From: an uncultured Gemmatimonadaceae bacterium
GTDB taxonomy: Bacteria; Gemmatimonadota; Gemmatimonadetes; Gemmatimonadales; Gemmatimonadaceae
Direction of reading: 5' to 3'
Assembly: GCA_963740355.1 (NCBI GenBank)
Contig: CAVUDW010000001.1
Span: 64,001 to 128,000, forward strand
DNA length: 64,000 bases
A program made the translations under genes and the position numbers. Below, piece by piece: positions 1 to 10,730 of this stretch. The notes beneath the pieces were generated by a model. The model was not told the origin of the DNA and did no database searches. It saw only the letters and a program-made list of their open reading frames with translations. How positions within the stretch are numbered: position 1 is the first letter of the stretch; the number at the start of each line of letters is the position of its first letter.

Positions 1-656
1 GGAGGCCGTTCATGCACGGCGTTCGGGAGCGCTTGGCGAAGGTGCTGCGCACCAGTGAGAAACTGGGTGTGTCAATCGCGGTCGAGAATCATCAGGATGT
101 CTCGTCCGAGGATATTCTGTGGCTTTGCGAAGGTTTCGATAGCCCGTGGTTCGGCATGGTGCTCGACGCCGCGAATCCGCTCGCGACCGGTGAGCATCCG
201 ATCACGTATGCAAAGAAGATGTTGCCGTGGATCAAGTATCTTCACATGAAGGACTACACGATTCACTGGACCGACGAGGGCTACATCCTCGCACGATGCC
301 CCGTCGGCGCCGGCGTGATCCCTTTTGCCGAGTTGCTGCCGCTCCTGCACGCAGCAGGGCGCGCGAACTCGGCGAGCCTGGAGCTAGCCGCACTATATGG
401 TCGCCATGTGCGTATATTTGCGGCGGATTGGTGGCCCGAGTATCCGGCGCGGCCAGCTCACGAACTGGCAGAGACGCTGGACTTCGTGCGGCGGCACGCC
501 CGGCCCGCGTCGGAGCAATGGCGCACGCCGTACGAGCTCGCCGCACCGATGACGGAGGTTGCCGCCTACGAAGAACGCGAGCTCACAGAAAGCCTCGCGC
601 TCTGTGCGGCGCTTACCGGCGACGACTCGCCACTCAAGGCGCTGACGCAGCGTTGA
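1..656 (+). CDS. Sugar phosphate isomerase/epimerase (xylose isomerase-like TIM barrel), probably truncated by the window edge
   Basis: Motifs AVENH, LDAAN, YLHMKD and VGAGVIPF are typical of AP-endonuclease-2/xylose-isomerase-like barrels. The frame is open upstream of the ATG at 12. Confidence 0.75.
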   Translation, partial: RPFMHGVRERLAKVLRTSEKLGVSIAVENHQDVSSEDILWLCEGFDSPWFGMVLDAANPLATGEHPITYAKKMLPWIKYLHMKDYTIHWTDEGYILARCPVGAGVIPFAELLPLLHAAGRANSASLELAALYGRHVRIFAADWWPEYPARPAHELAETLDFVRRHARPASEQWRTPYELAAPMTEVAAYEERELTESLALCAALTGDDSPLKALTQR

Positions 657-1980
657 CGGACGGTCCAGCGTGCGACGCATCCGGCGTCGCACGCGTCGGC
701 CAGGACCGGATGGCCAGCCCAAAGAGGACGGTGGCACCAAGAATCTCGACACTCGCACCAATCACCAGCGCCCACGCCGCGCCCATCAGACCATGGCGCG
801 GAATCAGCAGCGCACACCCTGCGCTGATCACACCGAGCGTGATCAGGAGCAGGCTCGCCTGTGCGCGAAGCTTGCGCATCGCGACCAGTGAGTCCTCGAG
901 AAATGTTGCCGAGTAGCCGAGTCCGGACGCCACCAGCAGCCAGGTGAGCACCGGCGACCATACGGCATAGTTCGCCCCATACACCAGCGTGAGGGCCTGA
1001 CGACCGATCAGGGCGGCTCCCAGCACTCCAGCAGCGCCGAGTACCAGTCCAAACGTCACCACCTGCCCTACGGTCCGGATGAATCCGGCACGATCACCTG
1101 CGGCCACGAAGCGGCCGAGGCGCGGAAGAGTCGGCGTTCCCAGGGCGACGGCGACCATGCGTCCGGCCACCATCACGTACGCCAGCGCAGAGAAGTAGCC
1201 GACCGCGTCGGCTCCGAGTTCGCGCGCGATGGTCAGCCTCGGGATGCTCGCCGCCAGCGAAAGCGAGAGTGCCACGACCCCGAGCGGTACGGCCTGCCAG
1301 GCCAGCGCGAGCAAAGACCGATTCAGCCGGAATGCACGAAGCAGGGCCGCGACCGTTGCGGGGGGGGCCACCGCGGGATCGTCGCCTACCCGCGCATGCC
1401 GGACAAGACGAAGGTCAACCAACCAGAACGCGACCCACCACCAGATGGCGAGCGCTGCGGCCACGCCGGTCAACGGCACCGCAGCCAGCCGCAGGACGGC
1501 CATCAGCACCACGGTTCCCCAGCCCCGTACGGCCAGCGAAGTCGCCACGGCGCGAAAGCGGAGCCGCATGCTGAGATAACCGAACGCGAGATCGCTGAAC
1601 GCCTCGGCGACCTTGGCCAATCCCACGAGGACGATCACGACCCACGTGTCACCTCGGTACCCACCGAACCACGCCCAGAGCATGATCGCGACGATCGCGA
1701 CGACATTCGCCGACAGGCGGAGCGAGAAATAGTCTGAGTACGGCCGCGAGCGACCGGCATCGGAGGCCAAAAGGTACGCAAGCCGCAGGTTCGTGAACAT
1801 CACGACCGGTGCGCCGATCGCGAGCGCAAGCGAATACTCGCCCACCATCGCCGGAGAGCCGAGGCGTACCAGCACCAGCAGCATCGCCCACTGCGCAGCG
1901 GCGTATCCAACATTGCCGAGCAGGTTGACGACAAAATCACTCCGCAGCGAGGAACGCGCTGCGCCCTGCGTCTCACTCAC
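634..1980 (-). CDS. wzx: Oligosaccharide flippase (Wzx/polysaccharide export protein)
   Basis: About 12 hydrophobic segments, N-terminal 'NLLGNVGYAAAQWAMLLVLVRLGSPAMVGEYSLALAI' and C-terminal 'HGLMGAAWA'. Lies in a polysaccharide cluster. Confidence 0.85.
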   Translation of the reverse strand: MSETQGAARSSLRSDFVVNLLGNVGYAAAQWAMLLVLVRLGSPAMVGEYSLALAIGAPVVMFTNLRLAYLLASDAGRSRPYSDYFSLRLSANVVAIVAIMLWAWFGGYRGDTWVVIVLVGLAKVAEAFSDLAFGYLSMRLRFRAVATSLAVRGWGTVVLMAVLRLAAVPLTGVAAALAIWWWVAFWLVDLRLVRHARVGDDPAVAPPATVAALLRAFRLNRSLLALAWQAVPLGVVALSLSLAASIPRLTIARELGADAVGYFSALAYVMVAGRMVAVALGTPTLPRLGRFVAAGDRAGFIRTVGQVVTFGLVLGAAGVLGAALIGRQALTLVYGANYAVWSPVLTWLLVASGLGYSATFLEDSLVAMRKLRAQASLLLITLGVISAGCALLIPRHGLMGAAWALVIGASVEILGATVLFGLAIRSWPTRATPDASHAGPSVNAASAP

Positions 1981-3017
1981 GCGCCAGCGCGCCCGCGCGA
2001 CCGTGCGTTCATCGGTGAAACATCCAGCACAGGCTCACCGTTTCGGTCGCCCGACACTGGCTGGCGCAGCGCCTCGGCAATGAAGATCACGAGAATGCCG
2101 AACATGAGCGACGCGACCACCGCGAGGCCCGTGAAGAGCACCAATCGACGCGGCGTGGGCGGAAGCGTTGCCGGCAGTGGATCGACGGTGACCACGACAG
2201 GCGTCTCCTCGAGTTCCTTCGCGACAGCGCTCTCCCGGTCGGAGACAGCCTTCGAGTAGACCTGCTCGGCCACGCCAACATCGCGCTGAAGCGTCTGTTG
2301 CTGCGTCGCAAGTTCACTGAATGACGGCACGGTGCGGTTCGCCTGCTGGAACTGCTGCTGCTCGCGCTCGAGGCGCGCCAAGGCGCGCTTTGCACTGTCC
2401 ACGCGCACATCCTGCGCGTGCCGCAACTGGGTTGCCTGCGCACGCGCCGTCTCGACGTAGGTCTTCGTGACTTCGCTGATGATGCGGCGCGCCACCTCGC
2501 GGGCCAACGAGGAGTCCTTCAGGATCACGCCGAGCGAGACCAGTCCCGTCTCCTTGGCGACACGTGCGGCGATCACGTCGTCCATCTCCTCCACGATCTT
2601 GTCCTCGCGGACTTGCTTCTCGGCCACGAGATCGACGATGCGTTCGGTGCGCCCCGGCAACTTGGAGAGACCGACGGCCAGCAGCACGCGACGTGACTGC
2701 ATCAAGTCGGCGATCAACAGGGGGCTGACCTGGAGGCCCGACTGCGTTGGCGCAGCGCCGCCGCCAGCAGAGGCCAGCAGGGCCGCAGCGCCACCGAGAT
2801 TCAAGCCGGGTTGGCTGCTCACCGTCGCCACGATCAAGCGCGCCTCGTATCGCGGGCCGCGAATGAGGATGATCGCGATCGCGATGCTCGCGGCCACGAT
2901 TGCGCCCAGTGCCAGTCGACCCCAGTTCCTCGCCACAGGTACGAGCACGTCGCGCAGCGACACTGCGCCGTACCCGGCTCCACCGGCTTGTCGGATATCC
3001 GTCGAATCGTCCATCAC
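1977..3017 (-). CDS. Polysaccharide chain-length determinant/co-polymerase (Wzz/GumC-like)
   Basis: N- and C-terminal TM helices flank a Q-rich coiled coil, with a proline-rich 'VDPLPATLPPTPRR' before the last TM. Confidence 0.75.
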   Translation of the reverse strand: MMDDSTDIRQAGGAGYGAVSLRDVLVPVARNWGRLALGAIVAASIAIAIILIRGPRYEARLIVATVSSQPGLNLGGAAALLASAGGGAAPTQSGLQVSPLLIADLMQSRRVLLAVGLSKLPGRTERIVDLVAEKQVREDKIVEEMDDVIAARVAKETGLVSLGVILKDSSLAREVARRIISEVTKTYVETARAQATQLRHAQDVRVDSAKRALARLEREQQQFQQANRTVPSFSELATQQQTLQRDVGVAEQVYSKAVSDRESAVAKELEETPVVVTVDPLPATLPPTPRRLVLFTGLAVVASLMFGILVIFIAEALRQPVSGDRNGEPVLDVSPMNARSRGRAGA

Positions 3018-3021
3018 GCGC

Positions 3022-4245
3022 TCATGTCGTTTGTAGCTGAGGGTCGCGCAGCGTCACTGGCACAGGCAACGGCAGACCATGCTCCTGAAGCAGTCGTCGG
3101 TATTCATGGATATACGTCGCCCAGATGCGTTCAGGGGCGAAGTCATTGAGAACCCGCTCCCGGCCCGCCGCCCCATGCGACGCACGGAGTTCCGGCGAGT
3201 CAAGATAGCGCCTGAGAGCCGCCGCCAGCGCATCCGCATCAGCAACGGGCACCAGTGCCCCGGTCACGCCATCCACCACCGAGTCCCGACACCCCGTCGC
3301 CAAGGTGGTCACAACCGGCAGGGCCATTGCTGCGGCCTCGAGCGGCACGTTGGGAAAGCCTTCTCGATGGCTGGGATGCACTACGACGTCGGCGGCGGCA
3401 TACACTGCACGGGCATCCTTCAGGAGCCCAAGCAAGTGGATGCGCGTATCCGTGCGGAGTGTCGCCAGCACGTCGGCAGGAAGCGTGTCCCGGGCATCGT
3501 CGATCGGTCCAGCCAGCACCAGATGGGCCGTCGGAACAGCCTCGCGAACGATCTTCCACGCGGCCGTCAACTCGACAATTCCCTTGTCATGCCCCAGTCG
3601 ACCCACGAAGGCGATGACTGCAGCGTCGTCGGGAAGCGCCCAGGTCCGACGCAACTCGACGCGCTCGGTCGGACTAAACCGCGCTGGGTTGTACGCGGCG
3701 GCACCATCCACCCCGTTGCCGCTCCCGGCGTGAGCGACCATCACCTTGCGCTCATCGACCAGGCGAAGCGACACGATCTGGTCACGCAATGAGTGGCTGA
3801 CGCAAAACACGCGATGCGCCAGCGCACAGCTCACACGTTCACTGGCACCGAGCAACAGCTTGGTGAGGCCGGAGGCCGTTTCGAGTGGCAGCCCGCGCAC
3901 GTGGTATATCCGGACGGGAACGCGGCTGATCCACGCGGCGAGCATCCCAAGCAGCCCGCCTTTCGGTGTATGCGCATGCACGATTGATGGACGTCGCGCA
4001 CGTATCACGCCGACCAACTGCCACAAGGCGACGAGGTCTGCCAGCGGCGTGATGCGCCGCGGCATCTCCACGGCTACCACTTCGACACCTTCGCGCTCGG
4101 CGAAGACCGGCGCGTAGGGTCCATCCGATGCAACAGCCGTGAGACGAAGCCCCTGCTGCTGCATGAACGTCGCTTGCCCGGTGAGCAGCACGAAAGTCTG
4201 CGGCACCGTCATGACGTGCACCAGTCGCACGTCCTCGTGCGTCAT
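3022..4245 (-). CDS. Glycosyltransferase family 4 (CapM-like)
   Basis: Motifs HAHTPKGGLLG, FVGRLGHDKG and EGFPNVPLEAAA. Confidence 0.9.
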   Translation of the reverse strand: MTHEDVRLVHVMTVPQTFVLLTGQATFMQQQGLRLTAVASDGPYAPVFAEREGVEVVAVEMPRRITPLADLVALWQLVGVIRARRPSIVHAHTPKGGLLGMLAAWISRVPVRIYHVRGLPLETASGLTKLLLGASERVSCALAHRVFCVSHSLRDQIVSLRLVDERKVMVAHAGSGNGVDGAAAYNPARFSPTERVELRRTWALPDDAAVIAFVGRLGHDKGIVELTAAWKIVREAVPTAHLVLAGPIDDARDTLPADVLATLRTDTRIHLLGLLKDARAVYAAADVVVHPSHREGFPNVPLEAAAMALPVVTTLATGCRDSVVDGVTGALVPVADADALAAALRRYLDSPELRASHGAAGRERVLNDFAPERIWATYIHEYRRLLQEHGLPLPVPVTLRDPQLQTT

Positions 4246-6191
4246 GGTGCGCCGCCCCCGTCATGCAACCAGGCTTGAAACATGAGGACGTCCCACAACT
4301 CGTAGTGCTGATCCGCAGCACCTCGGAGGTGCGCAGCCCATCGCGATCGAATCGGCGCGGGATCGAAGTAGCCATCAGCCTTCAGCAGCGCTGGATCGAG
4401 CAGTGCCTCTGCCCAATCGCGAAGTGGACCGCGGAGCCATGCGTCGATCGGTACCGCGAATCCCTTCTTCGGCCGATCAATGAGTGCTCGCGGAACATGT
4501 CGATACAGCACTTCGCGCAGGATCCACTTCCCGACACCATTCCGCAGTTTCTGGTGCAACGGCAGCTGCCACGCGAACTCGACGACGCGGTGGTCGAGCA
4601 GTGGCACACGAGCCTCGAGCGCGTAGGCCATGCTCGCGCGGTCGACCTTGACGAGGATGTCGTCGGGCAGGTACGTCACAAGGTCGAGGAACATCATCGA
4701 CTCCGTGAAGGTCGGCAGCGTCGCCCATTTCGTGCGATCACTCACGAGCGTGGGTGGCTCAGTTGCCCCCAACACGATCGATGCCGGATTGCTCCAGTGC
4801 GAGACGAGCCGACGATACATCTCCGCCGGCTCCGTGACGTCGAGGAGCCCGGCCATCTTGTGGAGCTTGGCGCCGATGCCCGCCGCACCAACCTGCTGCG
4901 AACGCCACAGCCCAGTCGCGCCGACACCTCGTTCCCATGTCTCAGGTGGCACCGCCGCGATCGCTCGCGCGGCGAGAGAGCGCATTGGCCGCGGCACGTT
5001 GCGCAGCTTTCGCCAGAGGTTTTCCGCCAGGACATGCCGGTTGTACCCGGCGAAGAGCTCGTCGCCGCCATCACCAGACAGGCTGACCGTCACATGCTTG
5101 CGTGCCAGTGCCGAGACCAGCATCGTCGGCAGTTGCGAAGAGTCGCTGAACGGTTCGTCGAAGTAGCGCGGCAGCTGCGGAATGAGCGAAAGCGCGTCAT
5201 CGGGAGTGACGTACAACTCGGTGTGCTCGGTACCGAGGTGCGTCGCGACGGCGCGCGCGGCCTGCGCTTCATCGTATCGTGCTTCTGGAAACCCGATCGA
5301 GAACGTCCGCACTGGCCGCGCACTTTGCGATTGCATCAACGCGACGACCGTCGATGAATCGACGCCACCAGACAGGAAAGCGCCCAGCGGCACGTCGGCC
5401 ATCATCTGTAGCCCGACAGCGTCACGAAGTCGTGCCTCGAGCGCATCCGTCGCCTCCGCGTCGGATAACTGCAGGGGGTTACGGCTGCCCGACTCCGCGA
5501 CATCCCGCGCCGACCAGTACGCGACCGGGCCGTGCTGCGTTCCGTTGGCATCGATGGTCAGGATCGATCCCGGCGGAAGCTTCTTCGCATCGCGATAAAT
5601 CGAGTACGGCGCTGGGATGCAGTTGTGCCGAAGCGACAGCGCCAGTGCACCGCGATCGACGCTCCGATCGAATCCGGGATACAGCACCAGTGGCTTCAAC
5701 TCAGAGCCGAACACCACGGTGCTGCCGGCCGTGCCGTAGTAGAGCGGCTTCACACCGACGTGATCACGCACGAGGTGTAGCGCACGTTCCTGCCGGTCCC
5801 ACAGTGCGAAGGCAAAGATGCCGACAAACCGTGACGTCGCCGCGGCAACGCCCCACTGCTCCACTGCGGCGAGCATCACTTCGGTGTCACTGTGGCCACG
5901 AAAATTGTGCCCGAGTGCACGCAATTCAGCTGCAAGCAGCCGGAAGTTGTACACTTCGCCATTGTAGCTCAGCACCCATCGACCAGATGCGGAGTGCATC
6001 GGCTGGGCGCCAAGGGGCGACAACTCCACGATCGCCAGCCGACGGTGACCAAGCGCAATTCCTGCCTGCTCATCAACCCATGCCCCGTCGGCGTCGGGAC
6101 CGCGATGCGCAATCGAGTCCGTCATCCGCGCGAGTGTCCCCTCCGGCACTCGCGCGCCACCGACATTCAGGTAGCCACAGATCCCGCACAT
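4242..6191 (-). CDS. asnB: Asparagine synthase-like glutamine amidotransferase (probably polysaccharide-modifying)
   Basis: N-terminal MCGI nucleophile, HRGPD, LSGGVDSS, SGDGGDELFAGY and KVDRASMA. Confidence 0.95.
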   Translation of the reverse strand: MCGICGYLNVGGARVPEGTLARMTDSIAHRGPDADGAWVDEQAGIALGHRRLAIVELSPLGAQPMHSASGRWVLSYNGEVYNFRLLAAELRALGHNFRGHSDTEVMLAAVEQWGVAAATSRFVGIFAFALWDRQERALHLVRDHVGVKPLYYGTAGSTVVFGSELKPLVLYPGFDRSVDRGALALSLRHNCIPAPYSIYRDAKKLPPGSILTIDANGTQHGPVAYWSARDVAESGSRNPLQLSDAEATDALEARLRDAVGLQMMADVPLGAFLSGGVDSSTVVALMQSQSARPVRTFSIGFPEARYDEAQAARAVATHLGTEHTELYVTPDDALSLIPQLPRYFDEPFSDSSQLPTMLVSALARKHVTVSLSGDGGDELFAGYNRHVLAENLWRKLRNVPRPMRSLAARAIAAVPPETWERGVGATGLWRSQQVGAAGIGAKLHKMAGLLDVTEPAEMYRRLVSHWSNPASIVLGATEPPTLVSDRTKWATLPTFTESMMFLDLVTYLPDDILVKVDRASMAYALEARVPLLDHRVVEFAWQLPLHQKLRNGVGKWILREVLYRHVPRALIDRPKKGFAVPIDAWLRGPLRDWAEALLDPALLKADGYFDPAPIRSRWAAHLRGAADQHYELWDVLMFQAWLHDGGGAP

Positions 6192-6192
6192 T

Positions 6193-7311
6193 TCAACGCA
6201 CCCCGGCGCGGCGCCGCGCGATGAAGACGGGGAGCGGTGCGGCCAACGAAAGGAGGAAGAACCAGAACACTGGCTGTCTGAGCACGAAGTGAAACATGGA
6301 AAAGATCAGCAAGCCGCAGAGTGCGATGCCTGCGCCGGCCCTGTTGGAATGCAGCACGCGCAACGCCACCCACGCCCAAAGCGCAAGCAGAGCAAGCAGG
6401 CCCACGACACCGGTTGCGTCCATCCAATCGATCGGGGTGTTGTGCGCTTCCTCACCCTGAAACGCTGTGAAGGGGCCCGAGTAGGAACCAGGGCCGAGGC
6501 CAACGACGGGCGAACGTGTCGCCGCGTCGAGACCGTGCTGCCAGCGTGCCACACGATCCGAGCCCTGCCCCCCATCGTCGTAGGACGAGGCCGCCTTCTC
6601 TTCGGCGATCTCGAGGAGTCGTGGTCCGAGAACGACGCCGCCCGCGGCGGCCAGCAGTGGCAAGCCGAACACCGCGATCACTTTCCGCAGGCTCGAGCGT
6701 GTGGAGACGAAGGTGGATTTCCACCACCAGATCCCAAGGCCGGTTGCCGCGGCGGCACCCCAACCGAGCATCAGCGCATCACTGAGCGTAGCAACCCCAA
6801 TGATGAGTCCGCCAAGCGAAATGCAGGCCCAGCCGGCCCGCGCCAGACCATGGGTGCTCGCACGACGGTGCTCCCATGCAATGAACGGCACGATCGAGAC
6901 GGCCAACGCCGCCTGATTGGGATTCAGCGCCCAGCCAGCGAAACGGAAGCCGTACATCGAGGAGACTGGCCCGACAATCGGGCGACCGACACCGACGAGG
7001 AGCAATAGCGAACCGAGCCCAAGTACGAGTGTGATCGCAAGCGCGCCAGACGCGGTCCAGATGCGATCGATCGAGCGCGGCTGCACGACCGACAACCCTG
7101 CCACTGCCGCGGCCAGCAGTACAGCAATGGCATCTCGAAGTGACGCGGGGTCCCAGAGGTTCAGATAGATCCCGCTGCACCAACCGAGCGCGAGCGCACA
7201 GAGCGTCACGAGCCAGAACGCGAAGATCGGCCGCACAAGATCGGTAACGACGACTTTCCCGTTCCGCACCAGCGAAAAAGTCGCGCTCACGAGCCACAAG
7301 AAAAGCAGCAC
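6193..7311 (-). CDS. O-antigen polymerase/ligase-family membrane protein (true start probably upstream of 7311)
   Basis: Multi-TM protein with NPN, 'RVARWQHG...GLGPG' and 'EAHNT' Wzy_C-type motifs. The frame stays open to 7500. Confidence 0.75.
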   Translation of the reverse strand: MLLFLWLVSATFSLVRNGKVVVTDLVRPIFAFWLVTLCALALGWCSGIYLNLWDPASLRDAIAVLLAAAVAGLSVVQPRSIDRIWTASGALAITLVLGLGSLLLLVGVGRPIVGPVSSMYGFRFAGWALNPNQAALAVSIVPFIAWEHRRASTHGLARAGWACISLGGLIIGVATLSDALMLGWGAAAATGLGIWWWKSTFVSTRSSLRKVIAVFGLPLLAAAGGVVLGPRLLEIAEEKAASSYDDGGQGSDRVARWQHGLDAATRSPVVGLGPGSYSGPFTAFQGEEAHNTPIDWMDATGVVGLLALLALWAWVALRVLHSNRAGAGIALCGLLIFSMFHFVLRQPVFWFFLLSLAAPLPVFIARRRAGVR

Positions 7312-7680
7312 CTCACCGGGCCCGACAGGCAGCAGGGGTGCGCGAAGCTGGGTCGCGGATGTGAGACCGAGCGCGACGCCTAGCGCGCTGGCACCAAGTG
7401 CTTCGGAGTGGCGGAGTCTATCAGCCAGAGTATGCTCGTTTCGGCAGCAGTCGAGGCGGTTCTTGGCAGAGTCGAGCAGACAGGACAGATTAGCCGCGCC
7501 TCAACCCCAAAGCAAGCGAGACCCTAACGCAGACAGTGAGTTATCGTCATATTTGACAGCGAGTTCCGCGATTGGTCGCACGGGTTCTGATGTGACTTGG
7601 CGAGCATTGCGGAAGTACCCCGTGCGGTGTCTTCGCGCTCGGCTTGTCCGAGATGCCGTCGTTCCTCTCAACCGATCTCC

Positions 7681-9630
7681 ATGCAGGGTGCTCTGACACC
7701 CCAATCGCTGACTCGCGTAACGACCAACAGGACCCGTGTGCTCGTTGGCGCGGACCTGACGCTGAGTCTCATTGCAACGCTGCTGGCGTACGTCGCGCGA
7801 TTCGAGACGTGGCCGTTACCGACGCCACACGCGGAACTGTTCGCCAAGTACGCGGCGCTCGCCTGCCTGGTGCGCATCGTCATCTTTTACGCGACCGGCA
7901 CGTACACGCAGGTCTGGCGATACGCGAGCGTTCGCGAAGCCGTGCAATTGATCTACACGGGATTTCTCGCCACCGTCGTGACTGCGGTCGTTGGTCGTGT
8001 GTTGGCGATGGATACGGGAACCGCGGTGCCGTGGTCCGTGCTGCTTCTCGATGCGACCCTCTTCATGGGCGGTGCGGTCGGCGTGCGCATTCTCGCCCGG
8101 GCCCGCAGGCAGAGCGCCCTCGGTCGGCTGAAGCCCGCGCGAGCAGGTCGGCAGACGTTGATCATCGGCGCAGGCTCGGCCGGTCAATTGGTCGCCCGCG
8201 AAATGATCGAAGGAGGCCGGACGGGGATGGTCCCGTTTGGCTTTCTGGATGATGACCCGTCGCTCCACGGAAAGCGCATTCTTGGCCTGCCGGTGCTGGG
8301 TCATACGTCCGAAATGGTGTCGGTCGCGAAAGCGGCGAACCTCGATTCGGTTGTGATCGCAACGCCGTCCGCGCCCGGATCCTTCATCCGCAAGATCGTC
8401 CAGCTAGCCCGCGAAGCCGGCGTCGAGGCGCGCACCGTCCCAGGCCTCGATGACCTACTCAGTGGCCGCGTCTCCATCGCCGCCCTCCGTCAGGTCCAGA
8501 TCGGCGACCTGCTCCGCCGCGAACCGGTTGAGGTCGACCTCCACGGCCTCCAGTCCATGGCGGCTGGCCGCACGATCCTGATCACCGGCGCTGGTGGCTC
8601 TATCGGAAGCGAACTCTGCCGACAGATCTCGACGCTCAATCCGGGACACATCATCCTCCTCGGACATGGCGAGAACTCGATCTTCGAGATTCACGCCGAG
8701 CTGCGCGAGCGGTTTCCCGACGTGCGCACGGTGCCGATCATCGCCGATGTGAAGGACGCGGAGCGCATTCATCGCATCTTCCAGGACTGGAGGCCGTTCG
8801 CAGTCTTCCATGCCGCAGCGCACAAGCATGTGCCGCTGATGGAAGACAACGTGATCGAAGCGGTGCTCAACAATGTCGTCGGCACGCGCAACGTGGTGAC
8901 CAGCGCCCTGGACTCAGGCGTACAGCACTTCGTGCTCGTCTCGACCGACAAGGCCGTCCGACCGGCGAACATCATGGGTGCGACCAAGCGTGTGGCCGAG
9001 ATGATCGTCTGTCACGCCGCCCACACCCACCAGGCGCACTTCATGGCGGTGCGCTTCGGCAATGTGCTCGGCAGCCGAGGCAGCGTCGTGCCGACCTTCA
9101 TGCGGCAGATCCGCAATGGTGGTCCGATCACGCTCACGCATCCGGAAATGCGTCGGTTCTTCATGACGATCCCGGAAGCGACGCGACTGGTGCTGCAGGC
9201 AGGCGCCATTGGCACCGGCGGTGAAGTCTTCTGCCTCGACATGGGCGAGCCGGTCCGCATCTACGACCTCGCACTCGACCTGATCCGCCTCTCCGGGCTC
9301 ACTGAGGGCGAAGACATCGAGATCGTCTTCAACGGTGTGCGCCCCGGCGAAAAACTCTACGAAGAGCTGTTCTTCTCGGGCGACGAGGTGCTGGCGACCT
9401 CGCACCCGAAGATCATGAAGGCGCGCTACGACGCTCCTGACCTGCGCGTCTACATGCAGATCGTGCAGCTGATCGAGTCGGCGATGCGTAATGCCAGCGA
9501 CTCGTACCTGCGCCGAAGCCTGGAAGAAATCGTGCCGGACTTCGAGTCGCCAGGCCGCGCCATGCGCAGCACGCCGACGTCGGAAGCGATCGAGCGGTCA
9601 CCGCTGGCGATGGGTGCGGCGCGAGGCTGA
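7681..9630 (+). CDS. Nucleoside-diphosphate sugar epimerase/dehydratase (CapD/WbpM/PglF family)
   Basis: Four N-terminal TMs, a CoA-binding-like IIGAGSAG, then GAGGSIGSE, HAAAHKHVP, STDKAV and VRFGNVLGSRGSV. Confidence 0.93.
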   Translation: MQGALTPQSLTRVTTNRTRVLVGADLTLSLIATLLAYVARFETWPLPTPHAELFAKYAALACLVRIVIFYATGTYTQVWRYASVREAVQLIYTGFLATVVTAVVGRVLAMDTGTAVPWSVLLLDATLFMGGAVGVRILARARRQSALGRLKPARAGRQTLIIGAGSAGQLVAREMIEGGRTGMVPFGFLDDDPSLHGKRILGLPVLGHTSEMVSVAKAANLDSVVIATPSAPGSFIRKIVQLAREAGVEARTVPGLDDLLSGRVSIAALRQVQIGDLLRREPVEVDLHGLQSMAAGRTILITGAGGSIGSELCRQISTLNPGHIILLGHGENSIFEIHAELRERFPDVRTVPIIADVKDAERIHRIFQDWRPFAVFHAAAHKHVPLMEDNVIEAVLNNVVGTRNVVTSALDSGVQHFVLVSTDKAVRPANIMGATKRVAEMIVCHAAHTHQAHFMAVRFGNVLGSRGSVVPTFMRQIRNGGPITLTHPEMRRFFMTIPEATRLVLQAGAIGTGGEVFCLDMGEPVRIYDLALDLIRLSGLTEGEDIEIVFNGVRPGEKLYEELFFSGDEVLATSHPKIMKARYDAPDLRVYMQIVQLIESAMRNASDSYLRRSLEEIVPDFESPGRAMRSTPTSEAIERSPLAMGAARG

Positions 9631-9677
9631 ACCTCGCGCCGCACTGTCATCAGCCTGTCGTCCGCACGCGCTACAGG

Positions 9678-10688
9678 TTAGACGCCGTAGTACTTCCGGT
9701 ACCACTCCACGAACCGTCCCACGCCGACTTCGATCGGCGTCGCCGGCGTGAAACCGGTGTCGCGCGTCAGGTCCTCGACATCGGCGTACGTGGCCGGCAC
9801 ATCACCCATCTGCATAGGCATCATGTTCTTCTGCGCCGTGCGGCCGAGGGCCTTCTCGATGGTCTCGATCAGGTACATCAACTCGACGGGATTGTGGTTG
9901 CCGATGTTGTAGAGTCGATACGGCGCTGCGCTCGTTCCTGGATCGGGCGCCCCGCCGTCCCAGTCAGCATTCGGTGATGCGATGCGGTCGTTGGTGCGCA
10001 CCACGCCCTCGGCGATGTCGTCCACGAACGTGAAGTCGCGGCGCATCTGGCCGTTGTTGAACACGTCGATCGGGCGCCCTTCGAGGATCGCCTTCGTGAA
10101 CAGGAACATCGCCATGTCAGGGCGACCCCACGGACCGTAGACCGTGAAGAATCGCAGGCCGGTGGTGGGCAGCTTGTACAGGTGACTGTACGTGTGCGCC
10201 ATCAACTCGTTCGCCTTCTTCGTCGCCGCATACAACGACAGCGGGTGATCGACATTCTGGTGGATGCTGAACGGCATCGCCGTGTTCGCACCATACACGC
10301 TTGACGATGACGCGTACGTGAGATGCTTCACGCCGTTGTGCCGGCACCCTTCGAGGATGTTGGTGAAGCCGACGATGTTGCTGTCGATGTAGGCGTGGGG
10401 GTTCTCGAGGGAATACCGCACGCCAGCCTGCGCCGCGAGGTGAATGACCTTGTCGAACTTACCTGCCCCGAACAACGCTTCCATGCCCGGACGATCCGCG
10501 ACGTCCAGCTTCTGGAACGAGAAGCCAGGCCGACCCGACAGGCGCGCCAGCCGCGCCTCCTTCAGCGTCGGGTCATAGTAGTCGTTCAGGTTGTCGATGC
10601 CGACGACTTCATCACCGCGCTCGAGGAGCGTGATGGCGACGTGTGAACCAATGAACCCGGCAGCGCCGGTGAGCAGGATACGAGTCAT
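9678..10688 (-). CDS. NAD-dependent epimerase, UDP-glucuronate 4-epimerase type
   Basis: Motifs [31 protein letters not shown] and [14 protein letters not shown]. Confidence 0.92.
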   Translation of the reverse strand: MTRILLTGAAGFIGSHVAITLLERGDEVVGIDNLNDYYDPTLKEARLARLSGRPGFSFQKLDVADRPGMEALFGAGKFDKVIHLAAQAGVRYSLENPHAYIDSNIVGFTNILEGCRHNGVKHLTYASSSSVYGANTAMPFSIHQNVDHPLSLYAATKKANELMAHTYSHLYKLPTTGLRFFTVYGPWGRPDMAMFLFTKAILEGRPIDVFNNGQMRRDFTFVDDIAEGVVRTNDRIASPNADWDGGAPDPGTSAAPYRLYNIGNHNPVELMYLIETIEKALGRTAQKNMMPMQMGDVPATYADVEDLTRDTGFTPATPIEVGVGRFVEWYRKYYGV

Positions 10689-10730
10689 GACTTCAGTGAA
10701 GGACAAAAATGGCGCGACGGGTACACGGTC

